A DNA stretch of 64,000 nucleotides from Callorhinchus milii (GCF_018977255.1 NW_024704743.1:92754001-92818000), one strand, 5' to 3'; shown: positions 37,956 to 51,309, counted from the stretch's first letter. A program made the numbers and translations. The notes: generated from the sequence alone by a model not told the origin.

Positions 37956-39193
37956 AGAATCGTGAGTACTTGGGTAGAAGTGGTCTTAAAATTATAATAA
38001 TTTGGTCACTCAATCCATGTTTGTAGGACACTACAATGCTGTGCGTAATTGGCTACCGTGTTTCGCCCACAAAATATACAGTCAATTGACTTTAGAGTAT
38101 ATTCTGTGAAGCGCTTTGAGACATCTTGAAGACGTGATAAGGCACTATATCAAATGCAAGGATTATTATTATTAAGTGGTATGGAGAAAGGGTGGAACAT
38201 TGGGACAAAAAATGTCCCATCTTTGTTTAAACAAAATTATTGTAATAAAATGCTGAACAAATTCGTTGGAGAAACTATTCTTCAAGAGTCAGAGGGGTGC
38301 TCACAACTGTCCAGTCACCAAGTTTGATATTCATAAGGTTACAAGAGCATCTCTCAGTCAGTTACTGGAGCAATGCAAACTCTGCATTGCAGCAGCAATA
38401 AAAAATCATAGTTTTTTTTGCCTTAGTTATTTTACAGGATTTTTTAAAAGGTGAGTTGCAGTTTAAACTCTTCCTCTAGTCTCCAACCTCACTTCCAAAG
38501 CTCAGTCACACAATTCTCAGTGGTGTCACTACAATGTGCAAGTGGTGCATTCGCCTTATAGTAATCTATCGTGAATTGCTTTAAGTTGCTTCAAAGTGAT
38601 GTGTGTGTGTTTTTTTTAATCAAATTCAAGTATTATATAAACCTTTACTTTAAAATTCAGAAAGGAACCTTTGCTTTCATTGGCATTCAATTTTCAATTT
38701 TGGATTCTTTAAAAGTCTGTTCAGGCGTTCACTGTGAAATAAAATAATACATTATCAAATTTAGTATGTCTACCAAATGCTCTTGGTCTGCAACATTAAT
38801 GCTGACTAATGATTGTTGGACACTAATAAAATTCAGTTTTGTAACCTGAAGACAAATATTTTAGTATTATTTCTGGAAAAATCAATCACAAATTGTTTTA
38901 TTCTGCCACTGAGCTGTAGGGTTTTACCTGTAAATTAAACATTCTAGTTCAGTCAGATCAGCGCAGATTGAGCTATTAAGGGCTTGTGCGTGTACCCATT
39001 GGACATTAGAGCTGGGTTACTATCAGGACTGTTATTATGCCATTTGCGAAAATCATGAATTAATCATGGGAACATTGTCAAAAGTCATATAAAAAGAGCA
39101 AAAAGTCATTGGCGTTATTTTCAATGACTTTTTAAAGTTTAGTCAATTGCAAGAAATATAACTCGAACAGTGCTCCAACTAAAAATCATTCTG

Positions 39194-39905
39194 CAATCCT
39201 GTAGCATAATGAATAGAGCACACACTTCGTAAGTGAGAGGACCTGGTCCAATTCCTGGACAGGGTGAATAATAAATAATCCTTACATTTGATATAGCACT
39301 TTTCACGTCTTCTAGATGTCTCAAAGCACTTCACAGAATATACTGTAAAATGAATTCACTGTACATTTGTGGGCGAAATGCAGCAGCCAATTGCGCACAG
39401 CAGTGTCCCACAAGCAGTTGTGGATTGAAGTGACCAATTTATTATTATGTTTTACTTGAGGGATTATTATCAGGCGTGTGGAGCAAGGAAACTTGGCCTA
39501 GGTTTTGCCCTGTCAGGAATTGAACCCAGGTCTCTCGCTTGCGAGGCAAGTGCTCTAACCACTGAGCTACGGGACTCCACAACGTTACGTTATGAAACTT
39601 TACGCAAGTTTGATTATTAAACACCCCTCTATTTACCTAGCAGGAAGGAACCTGGTTGTTAGTCAATTAGAAGATCGCTCTTCTGGGGTAGTAATCCTTT
39701 CAAAACAAAATAATAAAAAGTAAATAATTTAGTCACTCAATCCATGACTGTTTGTGTGACACTGCTGTACGAAATTGTCTGCCACGTCCCGCCCACAAAA
39801 TATACAATCAATTCACTTTACAGTATATTCTGTGAAGTGCTTTGAGACGTTCTCAAATACGTGATAAGGCGCTATATCAAATGCAAGGATTATTATTATT
39901 ATTAT
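39194..39905 (+). mobile_element. Long-form SINE (39194-39268 plus about 39594-39905) split by an antisense SINE
   Basis: The tRNA-like head ends CAGGGTGAA and the element resumes TGAAACTTTTACGCAAGTTT with the long-form segment, Deu core and tail. Confidence 0.8.
39268..39578 (-). mobile_element. Full-length short-form tRNA SINE nested antisense in an older SINE
   Basis: The reverse complement starts GGAGTCCCGTAGCTCAGTGGTTAGAGC and has an intact Deu core and tail. Confidence 0.92.
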
Positions 39906-40844
39906 CAACTAATGAATCTATTAATGAATTTGTTTTGGTCAGCTGGATGTCAGAGAGTTGACTTGATTCTGCCATTCCATTTTTAAGCATGTCACCTTGG
40001 ATCCAACTCAGCTTCAAGAGAGCTTTGCTTACCTCCATTGAATGCTAGCTACTTCCTTCCTCCCATCTCAGCTATTGGACTATCTCCTACTCCCACTTTC
40101 TACTTTGCGACTGAGCTGCCAACTCTTCCTCCACACTCACCTCACTTCTCCTCCATGCATTTTTCACTTCTGCTGAAATGAGCAGCAGAGCAGAGGCCAA
40201 TGAGATACTTTATATATTAGAGCTACACATAGTTTTACATTGGAGAGTGGAGCTCAGTTTTGAATCACAGGTATAGAGCAAATGATGGTTAGGCCTTTGT
40301 GTTCTTGAAATACATGAAAAAGTCAAGGGATCCGATCAATATACTTCTAGATAGTCTAAAACCAATAGTCTTATTCTTAAAGACAATTGCAATATCTAAT
40401 TGCTATGACTCAAACATTATGTTGGGTTATGGATTCACCTGGCCTATTTATAGGGACAGGACTCTAAAGTTTCTTGACTGTTGGTTAAATTGTAGATGAA
40501 GAGCATTGCCACAGTGTTCCAGGAAACCCCAAGCAGACGAGTATAAATGTCTGGAAATCTGCTTCGGACACACAAAATACAGGTCAGGAGTGTAGAAGTG
40601 ACATTCATGAAACAGAATTTTACAGACTGAAGAGCGATTTCCTTGGGTTTTATTGTTGGCCTGGGATAGTCTGAGTTTGATTGTTTGTACTTATGTTATC
40701 ACCATATGCTGCAGAATAGGTTCGAAAGAAGTAAAGCTGGGTATAGCTGAAATTTGGTTCTGTTCAAGAAAGAGTCTGCTGAGAACATTTGGAAAAGATA
40801 AACCAGACAATTGCAAATTCATGACAAAATCCCATATAGTAAGG

Positions 40845-41228
40845 CTTGACTTACTTGACTTCAATACTGAGAGAATGCTACATTGTCAGTGGTGCTTTCC
40901 TTCAGATGAGATGTAAACAGAGGTTCTGTCTGCCTGCAGAGGTAGACAGCAAAGATCCAAAAAGTGAAGAGTTTCTCCCAACACACTCTTTGTAAAAATC
41001 ATCATTTGACTTCAAGGCTATTTACTGGATAGGTGAGATGGGAGGAAGGGAGTAGCTAGCATTCAGTGGAGGTAAGCAAAGCTCTCTTGAAACTGAGCTG
41101 GATCCAAGGTGACATGCTTGAAAATGGAATGTAAATTGGAAGCTGTGTTTGCCAACAACACTTTACAGAAAACTTTGTATGGCATTTTGAGACATATTGA
41201 AGTGATCAGGTGCTATATACTAGTATTA
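40845..41228 (+). mobile_element. Old Deu-domain SINE carrying a 103-bp inverted insertion (41029-41131)
   Basis: CATTGTCAGTGGTGCTTTCCTTCAGATGAGATGTAAACAGAGGTTCTGTCTGCC...AAAGATCC precedes the insert. TAAATTGG...GTGTTTGCC...TTTGAGACA...GGTGCTATATA follows it. Confidence 0.7.
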
Positions 41229-44019
41229 TTAAGAGCTTCGCAATTTTTGTTCCAGGGAATAGTTTGCAATTTTCTTCGAGTACAAGATGGAGAGAAGAAT
41301 ATCAGTATCACACAGTGGTTGCATCTACACACAGGCATAACTCTGGTAGCAAGAGTCAGGGGCCATCGTTTAAAGCATTGTTTAATCTGCCTTATGTGGT
41401 CATCACTCATGCCCTTAGAACAGCGGACAGAACAGCAGCACCATGGAGAAAAGGCACAAACTACTTGAGTAATACAATACACATTGTTTTATCACAAATC
41501 TTTTTGAGCACAAATGTCATCGGTGGGGACGGAAGTCACAGCACTGCACATTTCCAATCATTCCATCATTCACTATTTCCAATTCAATCTCCTACTTCAG
41601 TCTGCTAATGAATTAGCTATTGTGTTTGACAGCACAAATTGGTGTTTCACTCCACTGCGTAAACATTAATATACTGCTGCTCCAGAATGTTATCAGAGTG
41701 TCAGTGTGGAAATGCAAACACAATATGTCAAGTGAAACAGGACAGAAAAAATCTGATCAGAAAAGCATATTGCAGCAAGGAACCTGCACTTCAAGAACAC
41801 AGAACAAATCAAATAGAAATTCAGCCGCATTTGAGCTTCAGAGGTATCAGGTCTCCCTGGTTACCCTTTGGAATTGGGTCCAAATAGAGAAGAGTGAATG
41901 GGGAGGAGGGGTGGTTTCCAATATTTATCAGGTGCTTGTCCAGTTCCCTGTGGAATGATTTTATTCATCTAGACTCAGCACAACATACACTTACACTGTG
42001 TCTTTCACATAGGATAATGTTTCAAAACGGCAGCTCATTTCCACAAGTAGCAGTTTCATTGCCACTTGCGGTGATGAATGCCACAACAAACCTCCAAGTA
42101 AAGAAATTCCTTCTAACCTCTATGTTGATTGTTCTGCTAAACATGATGACTCTATTGGCCCTCATTGCCAATTTCCTAATTAAACAGTTATTATTCCCTA
42201 TTTACTTTACTAGATCCCTTGAGAATCTTGACCTATTTGCCTAGTGGTATGTTGAGAGGCAGAAAATATTGTGTTACATTTATGAATGTAAAACACAGAT
42301 AGGTTCTGGATTTGTCCAATTTTTCAGCCCCCGAACCTCTTTCTGGTATGTAATCACTTTCAATCATTCCTTAAGATTATACATACACTAGAGTTTGCTA
42401 CATATTGATTTGGATTAAATTAAAATTGACTCCACAAAGCAATATTCATTCTTACTCTCATCAATAATAAGCAACATATTTTGTCTGTGCCCATTATATT
42501 CACCAGAATAAAATGTGCTCCTTTTTTTCTCCATAATGTATACTATTTTTAAAGATGAAAATTCCAGCAGTTTAGCTCTAGAATAGATGTTGGTTTTGCT
42601 AACCTTACAGAGGATCAAAACTCTGGTAGGCAAATCTTGAAAGAATTAATGCTAACTAATGGGCATTTTTTTACACCAGTTCAACTGCACTTGGAATATT
42701 ACAGTGGAGGCACTGCTCAGTCTTAGAACATTTTCCCAGCAAGTGGGAAGAGGTGCAGCCAGACACATGTGGCATAAAAGAGATAAAATATATATAAACT
42801 GTAGTTACTGAACTCAACAAGGCTAGGTGCTATGGATTGGGGCTAACCAAACAAGGAGTGGAAGGTGCCAATGCTACAGCACAACTTGATTGACTCCCAC
42901 CTATTGACTCACATTTTATTAGCTTTTAGGTAAGTGCCATTCCATTTTTCTGCTGTGTTCTGCATCAGCAGTCGCTTCTGCCCCTGTCAATCTCTCCCAC
43001 AGTAGCTTTGAACAGTAGATAAAACACTGAAAACATTGCACAATATTTCATGGAGTCAATAAATGTTGATTACACATCTGGCCGAAGGAGAGTGGTTCGA
43101 AACCTCAAAACATAATGGGCAATTCCATTTATCAAAAACAACAGAAGTTAAAAACATGTTTGTAGATTGATAACATTTGCATACATAAATATAATTGAAC
43201 ATAAAACTCTCTTCCTGTTAGGAAAGTCAGGAAAATTTAAAAGATATTACAGAAATATTAAAAATGTAGGCACATAAACAGCAAATAATGTTAATAAACA
43301 GCAAATAATACTACGCTCTCAAATTTCTTCACCACAACAAAGCATATCAAGTGACCAGGTGAAGATGTTACACAAACAGAGACAGATATAAACATGTCTC
43401 AATAAGTAACCATAGACATTTTATCAATAGAATTAATAGTAGACTTACAACAATTGGTATGACAATTAGCGTTGGTTATTTTTTTTAGGGGTGGGAGGGG
43501 AGGAACCAGGGGGGATTTCACTTGAGGCAATTTGTATTCTGGGTAAACTTCAGGTTGTATGTTATATCTTTGAGAAAGGTGTTTACTCCTTTTCTCAGCC
43601 TAGAATGTGACAATATACTGCATAGCTGCCTCGGTCCTGCCTGCCGGCATTCCCTGCTGCTCTGCTGTCACTTTTATGGATAGCTGCCCATTCTGAGCAC
43701 CATTCTGAGCACCACATGCCCAGGCTGTTGGGAAGAGAAATGATGTTTTGAGCATTTAAGCAATGCCACAGGAATAGATGGCGAAAGGAAATAGTTCCAG
43801 TCACTGCAGATCTCACAGATGAGTTTGGGGTTATAGGATAAGCAAGAGTGAAGTTGAAACTGCTGTGAGTGACTAGTAAGTGAAGTTGGGGGAAAGTTGC
43901 AGATACTTGCAGAATCCAAATATTGTTCAGCCAAGAGATAATGGGCATCTTCAACTTTATCCCACAACTCCAACATATGGCAGAATAGGGAACGATCAAA
44001 GCGAGCAGATCAATACTTT

Positions 44020-44280
44020 AGGATACAAGAAGACATTAGAACAAGAAATCATAGGTTTAGTATACCAAACGGCAATTTCAGGGCAGATACCAGGAATCTT
44101 TACTTTGATCAGAGGGTAATCATCAACTGGAACAGGTTACCAGGAAAGGCGGTGGAGGCCAATTCATTGGACTCATTTAAAAAGCAGCTTGATGCTGTGT
44201 TGGGGGGTACAATAGGGTAGATGTTCTGGAAGGATGGGCTGAAGGGCTTTCTTCTCGAAACCAATCTTTTTATTTTGTGA
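44020..44280 (+). mobile_element. CR1 LINE 3' fragment
   Basis: CAGAGGGTAATCATCAACTGGAACAGGTTACCAGG...GGACTCATTTAAAAAGCAGCTTGATGC...GATGGGCTGAAGGGCTT. Confidence 0.75.
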
Positions 44281-44574
44281 GTTGCTAACGGTGACTCTAT
44301 ACATTTTGAAGGAAGTTCTTAAACCGCCCATAAAATCCTAAAGTAAGTAGTAATATTGCTATCACTTCCACATGTATGAATTCTGAACCTCGGGGTTCAA
44401 GGAATTTGGAGAGATAGTTCTTTGGCAAAGCATGTGACTTGGTCTTATTTCAAAGCAACTTTTCTTAAGAATGGTTTCTTATGGAAGTTATCAGTCTGAG
44501 GAAGAAGCAACATCCCTCATGATTGCCAACGTATATATATATACATGTAGATATATTTATACTATATAATATAC

Positions 44575-44850
44575 CAATAATGTTTACATTTGATATTGTA
44601 CTTTGATGTCAGGATGACATCCCAAAGCAGTTCACAGGATATACTATAAATTTCAGTGACCTGGTAGGTTTTGTGGGCAAACATGGCCCCTAACTTTCAC
44701 ACAGTAATGTCGCACAATCATTTTTTATTGGGGAGATTGTTCACCAGTTCACTGGGAGAAACTCCCTTCTCTTTTTGGCTAGTGCCTTGGGATCTTTATC
44801 GTCCACCTGAAGAGACGATGGGGCCTCAGTTTAACATCTCACCTGAAGGA
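44575..44850 (-). mobile_element. Old Deu-domain SINE
   Basis: TAGTGCCTTGGGATCTTTATCGTCCACCTGA...GGGCCTCAGTTTAACATCTCACCTGAAGG is the Deu domain antisense. An L2-like tail lies near 44580-44640. Confidence 0.75.
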
Positions 44851-45769
44851 TGGATGAGTTAAACTAAAGGAATATGTTCCTCAATGTACCTCATTTCTAA
44901 ACTGGCAATGTTAGGCCTTTCTGGAACAGCCTGTACGTGCTTGTGCCAACACTTTTCAACCATAAATTAATGCAGGTCTTAAAGTAGTCCAAACAACAGA
45001 ATTTACAGAGTAAAGTAACATTGGTTTACAGCACACCCATTAATGAGGGCCAATTACATTTGTTATGGTGATTTTTTGAACTCTGGAAATAAGACCTATA
45101 TAATTTGATTTAGACTTTAATGGGTGATGGTATTTTACTCTCCAAACTGCTCATGACTCAATCAATTTTTCCCCTCAGATGCTGTGATCATTTAAAATTT
45201 GTCTTATCTGCTAATTTTCTTAAAAATAATAAAAGAACCAAGGATAGCAAACTATTAATACACCATTGTTTTGGATACTTACCAAAATCTCATTCACACG
45301 GATGTGAACAAGCATTTGATTGCTTACAAGTACAGACCCTACACTTTACAGCCAAATCCTTTGAAGCGCTTTCAAACAGTTTTACAATATGATAAGTAGC
45401 TCTACCAAATGTAAGTAATATTAATGACCAAAATAAGAAAAGGCCATTGCTGCACATGGAGGAGATGTAACTCATAACAATACATTCCAGAAAAGTGGTC
45501 ATTCACTTCATGGCCCTTTTTGGAGTCCCGTAGCATAGTGCAGAGAAGCAGCAGACAAATTCTCCAACAAACTTGGAGAATAGAGTAGAAAGCTATATGA
45601 TGGAGATACGAGTTGGTGGAGATTCGTGTGGAAGATGAACATTGGTATGGACCAGTTGGGACCAAATGGCTTTTTCCTTTGCTGTGCTGTGCCTGGTTCT
45701 ATGTAAATCAGCGTAGACAATACACTGTATCCTTAGCGACATCCGCAGAAACAAATACCTTCTCCCACC

Positions 45770-46013
45770 TTCCAGGCAGAGGGCGAAACCTTGGGCAAGT
45801 TTCCTTACTCCACATGCCTAATAATAATCCCTCCAAAACAAAAAACAATAATAAATTGGTCATTTTCAATCTACGACTGTTTGTGGGACATTGCTGTGCG
45901 CAATTGGCTGCCGCGTTCGCCCACAAATATACAGTCAATTCACTTTACAGTGTCTTCTGTGAAGCGCTTTGGGACGTCCTCCCGACGTGAAAAGCGCTAT
46001 ATCAAATGCAAGG

Positions 46014-46056
<43 letters not shown>
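45770..46056 (+). mobile_element. Young SINE, 5'-truncated within the B box (CTCCC-loop tail)
   Basis: Near-identical to 3674-3997 from TTCCAGGCAG onward, with a long (TTA)n tail. Confidence 0.93.
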
Positions 46057-46057
<1 letters not shown>

Positions 46058-47199
46058 GTCAAGCTACAATACCAAGATGGCCAGACTCAAAGGGCTAGCG
46101 TCTCTTCAATTTGTGTTACCACTTGGTTCATAGTTGAACAACTTGAAATGTTCTAGGACCTTGCTCTGCAGCTCTGTTGAAAATGCTGCAGTGCCTAAAA
46201 GATTGTCTTCAATAGTTCAGTAGTCTGTGAACATAAACAAACTTCACCTTTGAAGACCTGCTACAGATTTCTAGTGCATTACTGTCTGAATCTAATAATG
46301 ACAAACATTGTTTTAGACTGAAATTGTTTCCATTTATTAAATGGTTGTAGTAAATTTTTGGAACAAGTTCATATTTTGTGTATTTTTGTAACATCTGTAC
46401 ATGTGTTTGTTAGTAGCGCATGTATGTGGAGTGCAATAGAAGAAATGACATTATTTACTCTTTACTTTTTTTTAGCCAACAATATAGTATTATCTTTGCT
46501 CCTGTCTTTCAAGTTCAATGCCTTTCTAATAAAGTGCAAGATATTTTGATAGGTACCTAAAATATTTATGCTTGCACATTCTATATATCCATCAATAGTT
46601 TTTTTCTGTACTTTTCACTCGTGCTAAAACATTGTGGATTTAAAGATGTCCTGTGGTCTGCTGTGTACTAAACTAGTTTTGACACCATGAAATGTGTATA
46701 CGTTTTTCAAACTGTTGTACTATGTTCAGAGGTACTTTGTGAGAGATTGACAAGGCTTGCAGTTTCTCATGACACCTGGTAAACAAAACAAAATACAACA
46801 ACAAAATTACATTTGTATTTCACCTTTCACTTTGGGAGGACGTCCCAAGGAGATGTTGCTATGGACTTTGAAGGGATCATAACATCCCCAGATTCAAATA
46901 ATTGGTAGTTATGGAGTGGGTTGAATCACTCTGCTCTTTGGGTAGTTCCTCCCTCTTGAGTCATTGCAAGGTGACTTGCCAATCTTGCTAACTAGGCTAT
47001 CGGAGTCCAGGTTGTGATTGGCAGTGCCACTTCCCACTTATAATTTTCAAGGGAAGATGTATGCTTCCCCAAAATATGTGAGTGTCAATGAACTGACGTA
47101 AAAAAAAATTAAACTGATGTTAACTGAATGTTTGGATCCCAGAATGTCAACTTCCTAGTATCAAAGTTAAATGCATCTAGTGATCAAAGAACTCAATAC

Positions 47200-47560
47200 A
47201 AAAATACAATAATATAAATTTACATTTCTATAGAGCCTTTCATATCGGGAGGTCATCCCAAGGTGCTGGACAGACAGGGATTTGGACCCGGGCAGGGGGT
47301 TTGGAATCAACCAGGGAGGTGGGCACGGAGGGTAGGAAGGTAGCCAAAGGCACAGTCTAAGAGTAGGGTCTTGAGAAGTGCCGTGAAGGAGGCAAGGGAG
47401 GGATCAAAGCAAAGAGAATGCAGGATGGAGTTTCAGAGAGCGGGGGTAGAAAGGCTGATGGCCCGACCGCTGATGGTGCGGCGGGCCTGGCCAGGCGGAG
47501 GATGGCCAGTCTGTACAGGCTGGAGCCTGTACAGGTTGACATGGAGGAAGCGGACAGGTT
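47200..47560 (-). mobile_element. L2 LINE 3' fragment
   Basis: Tail and stem-loop at 47200-47265. The antisense ORF2 end is similar to 16223-16737. Confidence 0.8.
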
Positions 47561-47891
47561 GATATTGGGTTAAAAGATCAATTCAAATGGCTATTGGGGG
47601 GTGCAAATGTGTCTGGAAAGAACGCTTGACTGGAAGGGGGAACAAAAGGAAGTGACACACTTCTGGCTGAGGAATTGCAGAAAGCAATAGCAAGGGAGAG
47701 AGAATGAGAGATGAAAATAAAACCAGCTGTGTTTTCAAAAGAGCCTGTTTCTGTAGCCATCTAAAATTAATAATAATTACTGTGTTTCTTTTCTATATTT
47801 TACTTGTTCATTTGCATTACGTATGTGTACACATAGTATTTTTTCTTTCGCAGCTTATTAATTAAACAATTATAATCAATATAATTTACGA

Positions 47892-48210
47892 GTGCCTCGC
47901 AAGTGAGACCACCTGGGTTCGATTCCTGGGCAGCGCAAAACATTGGGCAAGATTCCTTACTCCACACCCCTCTGTTCGCCAAGCAATAAGTAAGAATCCA
48001 GTTGTTAATTGATTGGTGAATCGTTTTTCCGGGGGTAATAATCCCTTAATAAATCAAAAAATTAATAATTTGGTCACTCAATCCTCGACTATTTGTGGGA
48101 CACTGTTATCCACAAAATATAAGTCAATTCACTTTACAGTATATTCTGCAAAGCGCTTTGAAACGTCTTGAAGACATGATAAGGCATTATATCAAGGCAA
48201 AGATTATTAT
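47892..48210 (+). mobile_element. Long-form tRNA SINE, 5'-clipped, with a deletion in the Deu core
   Basis: CCTCGCAAG, GGTTCGATTCC and the long-form segment are present. GGGACACTG is joined to TTATCCACAAAAT at about 48105. Confidence 0.85.
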
Positions 48211-49983
48211 TGATCATCGGAGAGCAATTGGAAAGTTTGTGAAGATTGTTGGTATATTTCACCTCCTAAGAACAGAAACTGTGAAATGATCCTGGTTTGT
48301 GATTTTGTGTTCTAGGCCAGTCTGGGCGTGTCAATTGTTGCTACAGGAAATCAATGCCAGCTACATGGTGATTCTGAAAGTGATAACCTCCTTTAAAAGT
48401 AAACGGGCCATGGAGCACATTCAATTAGATGAAATCAGAGAAATACACAATACAGTGACAGATGCCCTCATCTGGATAAGTGGATGATAATCTCCAAGCC
48501 AATGCTCAAATATATGTTCTCTCTTGGCTGCAAACTGGCTGCAATTTGCCAACAAAGTACACAATCACTCGATTTTGCAGTAGAATCCTCTGAAGCACTT
48601 TGAGACATCCTCCTGACATGAAAGGGACGGTATCATATACAAGGATTATTCTTATCATTCTCTTACAGTTGCCAGCCACTGCAATAGAGCTTCCTAGAGT
48701 GTCTTCTACCTCTCAACCTTTACTTGATATGTCCTTCTCTTGTCACTTCCACCACCAGAAACCTTTCTACTGCATTTTTTTTTACCAATGGTAAAGTTTG
48801 TGGATGCAGAAAACCACAATTATAGAGAAATATAATGAGCAAAAATTGAAACAACGAAATGTGTGTCTGCTTTGGAAGGGATATATTCAAAATTGGTTGA
48901 TCCTAAACATTGACCATTGTAACAAGGACCATCAATGTCTTACAAAATACTGTGACTTTCCAGTTGTGGTTATATTTACTCAGACTTCAAGTTATTGTCC
49001 ATAACCATTCTTCATTTCTACCAACTGATACAGAATGCCTCAACACTGCTGTCACTTTTTTGTTCCCTGGTGTCAAATAACAACGGATGACAGTGCTTGG
49101 AGACACTGAGGAAAGTAACAAAATCACTCAAAATAGCACGGATTGCATGAACTATTTTACAACATCGTAAGGGATGATTTATTTTAATCACAGTTTAGGG
49201 AATATCACATCCTGAGCTAATTTACCACAAATTCTCATTGCTCATTTACATTTACAATGACTTTAGGACTCTGAAAAGCTGGTGTAACACATTTTCTTCT
49301 TCAGTGTGAATTGTGAGAAGAAATATATGTACAAATAACAAGTAAGTGAGAAATTCTGACAATAGAGTTTTCATAAGCACACATCCTCATGTTTTTTTCT
49401 GTTGCTCAGCCTGGCAAATATGACAGTTTCAGTTCAGAAAATACACCACTGACATGAAACTGGGACTTTTAGTTTCACTTTTAAAAGCTTTTCATGGTTT
49501 CAGAAGCAGAATGCTCATTGCCCATCAGCAAAAAAGAATACTTAGAATCCTGGAAATATAATACACCTCCCTCCCTCTGGCTCGGAGTCAGGCTCCGCCA
49601 CTGTTAAGCACTCTGAGACGCTACCTTGCATGGAGGGCGCTATATAAGTGCAAGTTGTTCTTCTTGTTCTTTGTGTTCTTCTTCTGCTATCTTGGAATAT
49701 CACAAAATATTGCTCTGTGTTTACTTTCTCAATCTCATTTTATTTCTTAAATCAGTTTAAAAATTTCCTCTGAACAACAACAACAACAACAACAGCAAAA
49801 TTACATTTGTATAGGAACAATCATCCTTGAGGCTGAAGAGTTTCATTCAATTATACCATTACATAGAAAATTCAGCACCTTGAGCCTGTTCTGCCATTCT
49901 ATAAGTTAGATATCTTTTAGAATCCCTTTAGAATTTTAAAAATCTCCATCAGATCACTGCTCAACCTTCTAAATTCAAGGAAG

Positions 49984-50612
49984 TTCTCACCTCCTGCACC
50001 TACCCGATCTCCCCCTAGAACTCTCCGAACCCATAGGCAGTCTAGGCATCAGGTTCGATTCCCAATTATCCTTCCTCCCCCACATCCAGTCCCTCACCGG
50101 CACCGCTTTCTTCCACCTTTGATGCATCGCCCGTCTCTGTCAATACTTCACTCCAAAAGCCGCTGAAGCCCTGGTCCATGCCTTTGTCACCTCTCGGCTG
50201 GACTATTCAAATGCCCTCCTTGCCGGTCTCCCTTCCACTACCATTCATAAAATCCAGGTCATCCAAAACTCTGCCGCCTGCATTCTTACCTGCACCAAAC
50301 TCCACTTCCCGATCACCCCAGTCCTTGCTAGACTGCACTGGCTGCCTGTCCCAGAGAGAATCAATTTCAAGATCCTCACCCTTGTCTTCAAATCCCTCCA
50401 CTCCTCTGCACACCCTACCTCTCTGACTTCCTCTCTCCTCACAATAGTGCCCATTGCCTTCGCTCCACGAGGTCTGGCCTCCTCCTTGTCCCCCGAATCC
50501 TCCAATCCAACATTGGTGGCCGTGCTTTCAATCACTACGCCCCGAGGCTTTGGATCTCCCTTCCTCACTCCTTTCACCTTGCCCCCTGTCTTCCTATTTT
50601 CAGGTCTCGGCC
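49984..50612 (+). mobile_element. L2 fragment (family of 20221-22040) embedded in a CR1 remnant
   Basis: It aligns to 21256-21890 and is flanked by minus-strand CR1 sequence on both sides. Confidence 0.9.
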
Positions 50613-51015
50613 TTGGTATCATTCTGATGAATCTGCGCTGAACCCCCTCCAGAGCCAATATATCCTTCCTGAGGAGCAGTGCCCAAAACTGAATGCAGTG
50701 CTACAGATGGGGTCTAACCAAGGATTTATTCAGCTGAAGCATTATTTCCCTTCCTTTATATTCCAGCCCCCTTGAGATAAAGGCCAACATCACATTAGCC
50801 TTTTTGATAACATTTTGTACCTGTGAGCTTGTTTTTAATCATTTGTGTACTAGGATACCCAAATCCCTTTGCTCCTCCGCAGTTCTCATCATTTAGAAAA
50901 TATTCTGTTTTACCAATTTTGGATCCATAGTGGATGACCTCATACTTTCCCACTTGAATTTGATCTGCCACAGTTTTGCCCACTCACTTGATTTGTCTAA
51001 GTCCCTTTGTAACCC
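50613..51015 (-). mobile_element. CR1 LINE ORF2 fragment
   Basis: Translations ALEGVQRRFIRMIP and VGKYEVIHYGSK are CR1 ORF2 C-terminal motifs. Confidence 0.85.
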
Positions 51016-51309
51016 TTAAAATTACTCTATTATATCATATTCTATGATTTACAAATCATAGGGTATCAGGATTGTTGGTTGCTGCAGGACATTCACAGTT
51101 CTTCCCTGGCATGTTGGTTTATTTAACTGTTAACAAGTTTTGGGATATGCCTGTCTCCGTGGTCCAGATGGTGGTTTTAGCTTACATGCTGAGACTCTGA
51201 AAAAAATTACAGTAGTCATTTACTGGAATAAATTACTGGAATATGAGAAATAGCTTTATTAGTATAATATGAACTGTATATAATTCAAACAAACACATCA
51301 AACATAATT

